A stretch of 63,344 bases of DNA, counting the filler. It is 11 parts of 11 records of this genome, joined end to end, with 100 filler letters (N's around TTAATTAATTAA, not from the genome) between each part and the next. Parts side by side here need not be neighbours in the genome. Positions count along the whole stretch, not along the records: positions 34,603 to 44,542 come from SRR7504441_4116; positions 44,643 to 55,861 come from SRR7504441_4118; 9 more parts are not named here. One strand, written 5' to 3'. A program made the position numbers and the translations under genes. The notes beneath the pieces were generated by a model that did no database searches, was not told the DNA's origin, and saw nothing but the letters and a program-made list of their open reading frames with translations. Shown here piece by piece: positions 34,603 through 44,724 of the stretch. Position 1 is the first letter of the stretch. The number at the start of each line of letters is the position of its first letter.

Positions 34603-35280
34603 ATGTCGCCCGAGGAGAGGGCAGCAGCGTTGGCGGCGGCCCTGACCGCAGAAGAGGGGGCAGCAGCGCTGCAAGCAGCGGCAGTTATGCCGCCCCCAGA
34701 GCTATCGGCTCCGGAGTTGTGCTCTTACCGGCGTGATGGATTCTCCGGTGCCGACGTAACGAAAATCTGTCAACGCGCAGCCGAGAGCCCTAGTCGTGCA
34801 AGTCAAGAGCCGGAATATTCCGAAAGGCCAAAGTCGCCCAGCAGGCTCAGGAGGCGACTCCGGCGAGCGCTCAGCCCCCATCGGGCCGGCCCAGCCCCGT
34901 CGGAGCTACTAGGGGCAGCGATGGCCGCCCACCTGACTAGTGAGCCCGAACCAACAACAGGCCCAGCGGGGCTCGCGTGGCGGCCTCAAACATCACTCCG
35001 TTGGCGACCCGCTGAGCGGCCCAGCCAAGCGATGGGACAAGTAGAGGCCGAGCAGCTGCGCGACGCCAGCATGGAGCCCGAACGCTTCGAGAGCTTGAGC
35101 AATATTGATGGCGCTGATGAGACCACCATTCCGAGGAAGTGCCCCAGTCCTCCAGTGGGCCCTCCGAAGGGAACGCATGCATGGAGAAGGTCGTATCAAC
35201 ATGCAGAGCATGATCACTTATGGTCCAACCAATATGCGGCTTTTGACGGGCCCCAGCACCAAAGACTAAGTGATCATTAA
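34603..35280 (+). CDS. Low-complexity Pro/Ser/Arg-rich protein, probably 5' truncated
   Basis: 225-aa ORF beginning at the contig edge; contains a short CDC48-lid-like peptide. Confidence 0.55.
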   Translation: MSPEERAAALAAALTAEEGAAALQAAAVMPPPELSAPELCSYRRDGFSGADVTKICQRAAESPSRASQEPEYSERPKSPSRLRRRLRRALSPHRAGPAPSELLGAAMAAHLTSEPEPTTGPAGLAWRPQTSLRWRPAERPSQAMGQVEAEQLRDASMEPERFESLSNIDGADETTIPRKCPSPPVGPPKGTHAWRRSYQHAEHDHLWSNQYAAFDGPQHQRLSDH

Positions 35281-35579
35281 GTGATCATTAGTCTATGTAA
35301 TCATTAGCCTACAAGAAGAAAGTACACGACTACGATTGTAATGGTAGTTCCGTAGAATAGAATAGACACCTGTAGATAGACATTCAATAATGTGCACATG
35401 TACAAATGAGTCATAAATTATTGTACTACATGCACGAGAAGTATTTCTAAAACCGACCCATGGATGAATTCTCGTACGTAGATTACTTGTATAGTACTTG
35501 TACTTGTACAATGTACTAGTAGTAGTATTTTAAGGCGGTGCCAATTTAGTCTAATATTGGTCTAAGCGAGATAACTAGT

Positions 35580-37088
35580 TTAGCTCAATGACACTGCCTT
35601 GTGCACCTGCCATACCCGAGGTCAAACCCAACCAACCCTGAAGCGGACAAACATTCAACCTAACAGCACGCGTACAGTGCACAGGCTGATGCTTAGGTAT
35701 ATACTTAGGGCACAGGCGCTCACCAGGGCAGCCATCTCGACATCCTGCAATGCCATCCGGTAGATTGGCACGCTCAGTCCGACCACCGCTTCATGCAACT
35801 GTGCCCTAAGAGATGCCTCAAAGTCTGGCACCGACACGGTCGATTGATGTACAAATTTGCGAGCCCATTCGAGCATTGCTCTCCGCCTCACCCTTTTCAG
35901 CCTTGAGCTGCGGTTGAAGAACCATTCGCCCACTTGCGTCAGGTACTGACGCTTCCGCTGCTTCATGCTCTGTGCGAGCACCTGGATAGTAGCCGCTCTG
36001 GTAGCGACTCGCCTGATCGGCTTGATCCTCGCTGCAGCTAGAGTGTCGTTGATCTTTCGTGCTGCCCTTCTGAGGGCATCGTTTCGTCGCCAGCCCATCA
36101 CTTTCTTATTCTTTTGCTGGATCATCACTTGCTGCACCCGCTCATACTGTTGGGCTGCCAGCTCCGCCCGGGCCAGCCACATCAGCCTGTACCGCCTGAA
36201 TCGGCGCTGGACCAGCACCACAGCGTGCCGGTATCGAGCCATTGCCAGTGAGAACGAGCCTCCCAAAGAGCGTGCATGACCCAGGAAGCTAAGCAGCACC
36301 CGGCTGTGATGTCTGCGCCACTTGAGCCTGAGCTTACCCAGCCAGTAACTGAGCGCTCGGACGATTATCTTCCGGGCGCCGATTCGGCGGGCCATCAGCC
36401 GGGTGAGGACCATCATCCTCCACCGCCGCTGAATGCAAATCACAGCAGTCACCTGCTGTATCGACAGGCTTCGCAAGTACTTGTGTCTGAGCATCGCTTG
36501 CCTGAGGGCCACTGCCCGAGCTGAGAGCGCCACCTGCACCAGCCACGCAGTCTGGGCCAGCTTGGCCTCCTTGGCAGTTTTGATTTGCCTCCGCTGTTCC
36601 ACCAGCTGCTTGACGTTTTCTGTCGCCGTGTCCTGCCGCTTGGCCGCCTGCTTGAGCACAGTATGCACCCGATTAGTGTGCTCGCTACACCGCCGGCTGA
36701 TTGCATCCGCCTTCTCGTCCATGCTGAGCATCCGCCGGTTCCGGGCCGCGAAATCTGGCAGCCCTGACCTCCTGCTCCTCCGAAGCTGATTCCGGAGCTC
36801 CTCTCCGCTCATCGCTGATGCGGCGCGCACTTTGGCCTCCAGCGCCGCTGGGAATCGCCTTGCCGCCGGCAGCTTGGCCGAGCACCGGCTGCTGTCGGCG
36901 GATTGGCGGCGTCGGGGCCGTTGCGAGCTCTGGGCCAGTCTGATCTCCCCGGTGATGGTGAGGTGCCCGCGAGGCTTGGTCCGGCCAAACAGCGCCGGTC
37001 GGGACCCGTCGATAGCCGGCAGCTTCTCCCGCCGCCCGCTGATCAGCGGCGGCGGGCCCTGGGCGTCCGGCGGCAGCAAAGGTGCCAT
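35580..37088 (-). CDS. Basic helical protein with IQ-like motifs
   Basis: AVICIQRRWR and AVVLVQRRFRRY motifs. A probable last intron of about 117 nt gives ...EMAALVHKAVSLS*. Confidence 0.65.
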
Positions 37089-37156
37089 TGGCGAGGTTTT
37101 GTGTTGTAAAGCCTTCTAATAATAGGCTACAATAGGTATGGGGTCCCCGGGCAGCG

Positions 37157-39606
37157 ATGAGTGAGAGGGTCCCGCTGCCGGAGATCAGTCCCCGGCGGCC
37201 GGCAGCCCCGGAGCAGCGGCCACCGTCGGAGGGGCCGCTGACCGCCCGGCCGCACTTTGCGCGCCGGCCGCTGGGCGAGGGGGCCGGGCACGAGGTGAGC
37301 ATGCAAGTGGGCGGCTCGTACCTCCAGTCGATCCGGGCCCGGCGGTGGCGGCTGGGGCGGGAGGCGGCGGTGGAGGCTCGCGGGTCGCAGACCAGCGACC
37401 AGGACTTCGTGCTCTCCGAGTATCACGACCAAGCCCGGCCGGACGCGCAGCTGCAGCGGCTGCAGCGCGAGAACGGCAGGCTGCGCCAGATGGTTGACAG
37501 ACTCTCTGCAGGGCCAAAGGCGCGGCGAGGGGGGCAGCCGTTGCTGGTCGACCTCGGGCGGCCGCGGGGGGAGGCGCGGGACAGGCTTGGGGTGGCGAAT
37601 CATGAGTGGAACCGGATGGAAAACAAAGTGCTGCACGCCGAGAAGGAGATGAGGGTAGCCCAAGCCGAGAGCAAGGCGCTGCGCAAGCAGGTGAACTGGC
37701 TGCACGGCAAGGTGATGCTCGCTCAGATCCAGTCGCAGCACCACCTGGGGGCCACCTGGGTCTGCACACACCTGTTCCGTTGGTCGCACAACATGCTGGC
37801 CTGGCTCTTCCGCTGCTGGGTTGAGTACGTTCAGAACGGGCACCACACCGACCTGTCGGCCACGCTCAAGGCCATGGTCTCCCGGCGAGCCTGCCTGCAG
37901 CTGAAGGCGGCGCTCGAAGTTGTGCTGGACGCGTGCCTTCGGACGTCGTTCCGGACCTGGAAGCAGTATCACATGATGATGGAGGATCTGAGGACAGGGC
38001 ATCTGCGGTTGGACCGGTCGCACCAGCTCGTTCACGGCATGTTTGAACAAATACACAGCGAACTCAGCTCTACGCACGATTTCCCGTCTTTACTGACAAA
38101 GGTTTGCTTCTAGATGCGAGGAGAGCTGAGCTCTTTGGCAGGTCTGCGAGCTTGGTCGGAGTCTTGTGCTCGCGCAAGAGGCTGCTGTGTACATTATCAC
38201 TGCCGAAGGCGGTTTCGAGCCGCTCGCCGAGCTGAAGGATAGTCCGAATGGGCAGCTGCTCCTGCACGGAATGGGACTGTCCACTGACAAACCCACAGGC
38301 TGCTCTGCACCTAATCAATCCGCAGTGGAGGGCTCCTCACCCGCGTCATTGTTGGCCTTGCGGCAGCAGGTGGACCCAGATGTGAAGGATCCCGCTGCTA
38401 TACTACGTGAAGCCACCAGCGCTCTGGCTGCCTGGGCAATTCAAAAGGCAAGGCCGGTGTTGCGGAGAGACAACTCAGATTTGATTGAGAAATGCCCAAC
38501 TGCGCCTGAAATGATTGCACTTCCAGTCTACGCCTACTCTGTGCCGTGTGTTATAAACCAGCCTTCTGAATCCGAAAATGAGCAGCCTCATGAGGAGCAG
38601 ATCCAGGTTGGCCCAATCGCTGTGATCGTGTACAGCAATACCACAATTCGTCGAAAGTTCGAAAACTCTGAGCTAGATATATTACAATCTCTGATGATGA
38701 TAGCAGAGCCACCACTCATGGTTGCTCGCCAGCTAACCCTAAAGACAGTGCAGCTGGAGCAGCTGGAGGCATCAGCGGTTTCAGGGTATCTGAGTGGCTT
38801 GACGTGACCGAAACACAACTCCACAATCTACAAGAACTTACGGTTGCGACTACGCGAGCACTATCTTCAAACAAAGACCGCACTGAGGATCTTCAAAAAC
38901 TATTGCGCCAGCTGGCCAAAATGGTTGAAGCCAAGATACGTTGCAAGATTTGGTCCGCAGGGCTCTCAAGCCACCGAGGGGTAGTTATGAAGATAAGATA
39001 GATCATATACTCACGCACTGTCGCCGGGTGCTGCGTGCTGACGTGCTATTGCTCTACAAAGCAAACGCTGATAATACATTCCGGAACGTTGCAATGGATG
39101 CAACTTTATTGGCGACGGGCTATTGGTCTCGTGGGCACAACATTGAAATGGTCCAGGGTACAGCTGTCTTTGGACAGGGGCTTGTAGGACTGTGTGCAAT
39201 ATCAGGAGAAGTGGTGAATACTACTCTAGAATGCAGAGCGGAGGATAAGAACAATGTTATGGACGCTGAAGGGCGCTTTGACAAGTCAATTGACGCCCCC
39301 GCAGCCTACCCTGCTAGATCAGTGCTTTGTGTGCCGATCAAGGACTTGAACAATACGCTGGTTGGTGTCCTGGAGGCTCTTGATAAGCACGACTCGAGCG
39401 TGCCTGATCCTGTGCAATTTGTAGCGGAGGATGAACGGCTGCTAGACTCTATGGCTGTCATGCTTGCTGAAGATTTGAAGTGCACAAACTATCCGGATGA
39501 CCGGCGCAGCTCTGTCCTGGAGGCAAGGGAACGGGCTCCAGACGGCCCAGACTCTCTCGAGGAAGGCGATCCCGACCGATGGTTCCGTGGTGATGTGATG
39601 CACTGA
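37157..39606 (+). CDS. Coiled-coil plus GAF-domain protein with no catalytic domain
   Basis: C-terminal GAF (GQGLVGLCAISGEVVN, RFDKSID, SVLCVPI, VGVLEALDK, FVAEDERLL) and a degenerate upstream GAF (FENSELDILQSL). Splicing near 38750-38995 is unresolved. Confidence 0.68.
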
Positions 39607-39938
39607 TCAATGTGACCCTTGATTCCATAGAGCATACTAATGCACACCATACACGCGGACAGTGGCACTCATCCATTAGTCGGATGTGCCTTAGATGTGC
39701 CTTAGTAGGCCAGTTCCTCATGTCGCGATAATATTTTAAAATTACTAAAGTGTGACGGATTTCTACCCGCTTGGAGCCTAGCTACTCGCACTCGCACATG
39801 ATATTGTTGTTAACCGATCAATAAAAATCAAGAACTCAAGCATGCGCAGACACTTAGCTAGCTCAGTATTGGTACAAGTTAGTAGCTGCACTACTAGTGG
39901 TGCTAAGCGTGTCTACGGGTACATCCCATAGATTTGTC

Positions 39939-41206
39939 TCACACGTCACCTTCGAGTTGACAGCTCAAGTCGTACAACTCGGTCAGCGCATCGCGCCGCT
40001 GCTTCAACTTAGGCGGAGGCTTGCACGGCGCGCTAAAAAAGTTTTCTATCCCGGTCTGTCGCTGCACCTTCTCCTTCTTCTGCAAGGACGGGCGCGAGCT
40101 CGGAATCTTGGACCTCTCTGCTGGCCGACCACGCGCCGCCCGAGCCACAAACAGTGTCCGTTGGGCGATTTGGTCGCCTGGGCCTCCGCAGCACTCCTTC
40201 TTATGTGCTGGTGAGCGGGCCGCGGAGTCCGGCGAGCGGAGAGGGGATCTCTCGGGCCGCTTAGAATCGTTCGGCAGGTAGCGGCCAGCCCCCTGGCACA
40301 TCAGCCGGAACGCCTTGCTCTCGCACCCGTCGCCCGGCGACGGGACTCGCTTACTGAGCACGCCTGGCGAGCTTGCTGTGGGCGACTTGGCAGCGGGGCT
40401 CTTGCTAGGGCTGCAGCACTCTATAGCTTTCTCCAATGAGGCCGGCAGCTCGCACACCGGATCTGCCGAATCGCTCGCCCCGAGGCAGTGCGGCTGGCAC
40501 CTGGGTCGCCCAGTGCGGCGATGAGGTTGACCGCCAGGCCCGGCCACCAGCAGTGGGCCAACGGCTCGAGAGAGTCAACGGCCGCCGCCGCGCTCTGGAA
40601 CAGCCGACTCACCTCCGCCGCCTGCTCTCTGCTGACTGCCGAGCCGCGCAGCTTGGCTAGCACTCGGCTGATCATCCGGCGCAGCTCGTCACCGGCCGAC
40701 CCACTGACCAGTCCACTCACCCGCGCCCAACCCGAGGCCGCACCCGGGGCGGCTGAAGTGGACCTCGGCCACAGCCTCGCACACCGCGGCGCACTCGACC
40801 GGCCAGCTCTCGCTGCCGCGGCGGACGGCCGAGACGAAGCATTGGAACGCGCTGAGGCTGCCGGCGAACCGGCGGGCTGCGGACAGGCTTGCCCGGACCG
40901 GCTCACTGAAGGTCGCCGGGGCGCAGGCCGCCAGCCCAAGGAGCGCCGCATCGTCCCGGGAGCTGCAGCCGGCCGGTGGGCGCGCCGTAGGCAGCGGGGG
41001 CACCTGCTGGCTAGTCGGAGTACCGCCTGGATCAGCAGCAACCCTGGTGAGCCCCAGCTCGGATCGGCGGCCAGCCCCAGCTCAGCAGCCGAGCGACCGG
41101 CCGGAGCCCCGAGCCGGGCGGCCAGTGCAGCGTGTCGGCAGTCTGAGAGCGCCGTTTTGTCGCCCGAGAGCGGCAGGAGCACCGCCACCGCCCCGGCAAG
41201 ATCCAT
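39939..41206 (-). CDS. Unknown multi-exon protein with C-terminal PIP-box-like motif
   Basis: Chain of ORFs separated by short introns; SP-rich tail and QTGIENFF near the C-terminus. Confidence 0.55.
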
Positions 41207-41806
41207 CTTTCGTACCAACTGCTTTTTCGAGGCGTTTTTTTATTATTTTTGGCAGCACGATACCCGCAGGGGCTTGTACATAGGCGGCTTGTGTTTCATG
41301 TGAAGCTGTGCGGCACGCTCCGACCCAATGACCGGGCACACCGGTCGACAAGGCCGTCCTCCCGAGATCCCGGACCCCAAACTCTGCCCACACCACAGAC
41401 CAAAGCGCCACAGCGCAAAGCCCGAGCGAGTGCTCACGCGCTTCACTAGAGGTTAGCGGGCTAGTATGACATACGGCGAACCTCCTAGGACTCACTGGAT
41501 CAAACGGCTAGTGCTGCATGTTGGTGCGGCTTGGACATCGGCCCGCGCAACAGCGCGAACAGCGCAACTGCACAAACGCGGCGCGGTTTTACTCTTTATC
41601 GTCTTTATTTGAAGTCGTGAGACTTTTCTAGCTGAGCAACGGGCCGCGGATAGCCGTGATCACCGATTACCGAGCCCCGGGGCGACCTGAGCCTGTCGGG
41701 GCCGTGTCGAGGGTGCGCGGAGAAGCCCCCTGCGCCCTGCCCCACACCGAAAAAAAATTCACGCAACGAAAGTCGTTATTCCACAGGGACCACGCCGAGC
41801 AGAGAC

Positions 41807-42516
41807 ATGGAGGTGGTGAAGACAGAGATGGGGTGCGCGGCGGGCGGCCGGCGGCGGGCTGAGGGCGGTACACAGGGTGCTCTCCACCGCCCCGTACTGC
41901 TACAAGCAGAACAACGGGTCCCCCCCCCCACCCGCGCAGGCAGCTGAGCCCGGAGGCAGGTACCCGCACGGGGCTCATGGGTTCCAGTCGGCTGGATACA
42001 CGGCTGGCTTCCCGTACAACCATCACGAGCCGAATGAGTACAACGCGGCGTACGCGGCCAAGCACGCCTACCATGAGAAGATGATCCCATCGGGGTACAC
42101 CTACCCGGCCCACTCGGGCTACTGCCAAGGACACGGCTACTACGGGTACCAAGGCCGCGGGGGCTCGGTGTACGGCGGCGACAAGGTGCGACCAGCCCGC
42201 TGTGCGCTAGACTGTCGCGGGAGAGGGCGGGCGGCTAGGGCTGGCTAGGGCTAAGGCTGTCGACGGGGCTGTCGTAGCGGGTTGGCGGGGTCTGAGCTTT
42301 GGGGGCTAGGGGATAGGACAAGCTTACTACGGGACTCAGCCGGTGGCGTACCCGCAGCGGTATGGCTACGGCGACCATTCGATCACAGGCCATGGCACTG
42401 GGCACTACCAGGCTTACGGGACCGGCTTCCCGGCCTCATATGCCAAGGGCTACGGATCCAACCAGGGCACCTACCATCCGCACGCCCAGGGCTACCCTCA
42501 CCTGCCGCTGTACTAG
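41807..42516 (+). CDS. Tyr/Gly/His/Pro-rich low-complexity protein
   Basis: MEVVKTEMG|VLSTAPYCYKQNNG|YPHGAHGF...GHGYYGYQG, with last exon GQAYYGTQPVAYPQRYGYGDH...QGYPHLPLY*. Splicing between 42150 and 42317 is unresolved. Confidence 0.65.
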
Positions 42517-42819
42517 TCGGTGGGCCGCCCCCCGGATCTCGATAGGACTACATAACCGAAGAGTTGCACACGCGCGCCACGATCACAATCATTATGCGCT
42601 TCTCGAAATAAATGATAATATATACCGTCGACTCGTATCAAGATGAGCCGATCAATGCACACACCGCGCAACCAGCCCCATCGCCGCCCGCAGCTTACTA
42701 GCAATTGGACTCACCACCCATCTGCAATCGAGCAATGCAGTAGTTTTTGGGTGCAGGCTGCGCGTTGTATCCGTTGGGATCTGTGTTTTGGCGGGAGCGA
42801 GCAGCGAGCGGTGTTCGGA

Positions 42820-43732
42820 ATGGTGTTCAAGGACGCCCTGACCGAGTCCGGCTTCAGCGGGGACCAGATCTACGAGGCGGTGCGCCCCGGGCCCACCGGC
42901 GGGCGCCAGCCGGGCCAGTTGGACTATTGCGACAACGACAGGATCAAGGCGCTCAAGTGGCTCCAGAAGACTAAAAAAGCCGACGGCAAGGTCCGCCCCC
43001 GACCGGCCGGGGCCGACCGGCGGGCCAGGCGGACTGGAAGGCGGTGCTGTACCAGCGGCTGGAGCAGGGGGAGGTGCGCCACCCGCTGGGGATCGTGAGC
43101 TCGTTCAGGTCACCGACAAGCAGTTGGCGGACCAGCTTTGGCGGCTGTGGGAGCACGCCAACTGGCAGGCGCGGCGGGGCCCTAACGGCCTGAGCCCAAC
43201 GGCAGGACAACGTGCCGATGAAGCCCAAACCGTTTAAGAACTTCGTCTCCAATTCGCTGAATCTAAAGCGGCAAGAGGCGACCGGCCGGCCGGCGGCGGC
43301 GGCGGCGAGCGGTGACCACAGGAGCTTGTGGGTCGGATGTGGGATCAAGTCTCCAGCTGCCTGGCCCGACCGGCGCAGCCCGAGAAGAAGCGGAAGGAGT
43401 CGGAGGTCGAGGAGCCACCGAGTAAGAAGAGCAGACCTAGTGACGAGCCACCCACGGTGCCGGCCGGGCCGGGAGGCGCTGACAAGGGGCAGGCGAGCGC
43501 GCTGTGCAAGCTGACGGTGAAGGCGCTGGAGGGGAGCAAGGCCGACAAGGTCTCGCGAGCCAAGCTGTGGAAGAAGGTTGGCCGCGGCCGTTGGGCGCCC
43601 GGCGATTGAGTGCAGGTGGCAAAGCGGCTGGCGGAGGGTGCAGACGAGGAGGGCTGGTGGGAAGCAGTCAGTAAGAGCGATAAGTTCGCTGTCCGCGGTA
43701 AGAACAAGCAGACCGTTGCGCTCTCCTCCTAG
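42820..43732 (+). CDS. UBA-like domain fused to LYAR-like middle and C-terminal domains, 8 exons
   Basis: Spliced product MVFKDALTESGFSGDQIYEALDYCDNDRIKALKWL...DNVPMKPKPFKNFVSNSL...ELVGRMW...AKLWKKV...SKSDKFAV. Two GC-AG introns at 43169-43205 and 43278-43321. Confidence 0.68.
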
Positions 43733-44065
43733 TTGAGGTCGCTAGCCGATTGAACCCGAATCTATTTGATAATTATTGTATTGGTAATCAACATCTAGTA
43801 ACTGTTATTGTCAGCATCGTATACGTATCATATGACAAGTAATCGCACGGGGCACGGGCTATGAATGCTTTCCAAACAATGAGACAAAACATTACATGTA
43901 ATTTACGTGAATCGCAAACGTTCATTCACCGGATTTGTACCGGATTTGATCCTACTGTATTGCGGTATTGCAATCATCTCTACGTGGTGTGACGTATCAT
44001 GGGTCCCTGTGATTCGAGGATTGAGATCTCGTGACTCTGTCTCCAGTCGATTGGTGCTACACGAA

Positions 44066-44542
44066 TCAGCTAGCCCGGATCAAGATTGCGTCCCACGGGA
44101 AAAAACGCTCTTCAAGATCATCGCGTCCCACAGGAACGAGACAGTAGGATTTCGTTTCTGTGCAAAAGTCGCTATCCGTCTGCATTAGATCTAGGGTGGC
44201 TTCGTTACCAGCAAAATCAGCCATATCATAGCTCCAGGTCACAGCGTCCTCGGCGCCAGGGGCAGACCGCTCGCAAAGGCGCTCCAGCTCTTCCACATCC
44301 GCGATTACTTTGACGATGGTCCCCTCGGCCATCTCAATATATCCCGTGAGCGGCACCCACTGGCCGCCAGCCGGTGTGCCTCCACCGACCAGCCAGCTCA
44401 CATCGAGCTTCGCCTCCCTGGCTGCAGTCAGCGGGTCTAGTAGCTTGATGATCAGGGCCGCCGCCTCCGAACCGAGCTCCGCAGCCGCCTCAAAGTGTGT
44501 CCGCGCGGCCGCCTCGCCCCCGGGCAGCGCCCCCGTGTGCTT
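44066..44542 (-). CDS. C-terminal fragment: Sel1-like helix plus possible Mind-bomb-type SH3 repeat
   Basis: ARTHFEAAAELG, then GTIVKVIADVEELERL...W..DM..FAG...FFPWDAI. The domain call is from pattern resemblance only. Confidence 0.45.
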   Translation of the reverse strand, partial: KHTGALPGGEAAARTHFEAAAELGSEAAALIIKLLDPLTAAREAKLDVSWLVGGGTPAGGQWVPLTGYIEMAEGTIVKVIADVEELERLCERSAPGAEDAVTWSYDMADFAGNEATLDLMQTDSDFCTETKSYCLVPVGRDDLEERFFPWDAILIRAS

Positions 44543-44724
44543 NNNNNNNNNNNNNNNNNNNNNNNNNNNNNNNNNNNNNNNNNNNNTTAATTAATTAANN
44601 NNNNNNNNNNNNNNNNNNNNNNNNNNNNNNNNNNNNNNNNNNTGTAATAAAACGCCTTTTCTTTCAAAAAAAGCCGCGAAGCCCAGCTGCTTTATGACCG
44701 TTATTACCTGCAACGGACATAGCG

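Noticed and set aside
38750-38995. Two successive -1 frame changes in the GAF gene as recoding or RNA editing
   Set aside because: Candidate 3n+2 introns exist (a 41-nt GT..AAG and a 32-nt GT..TAG), and single-base assembly errors are also possible; there is no positive evidence for recoding.
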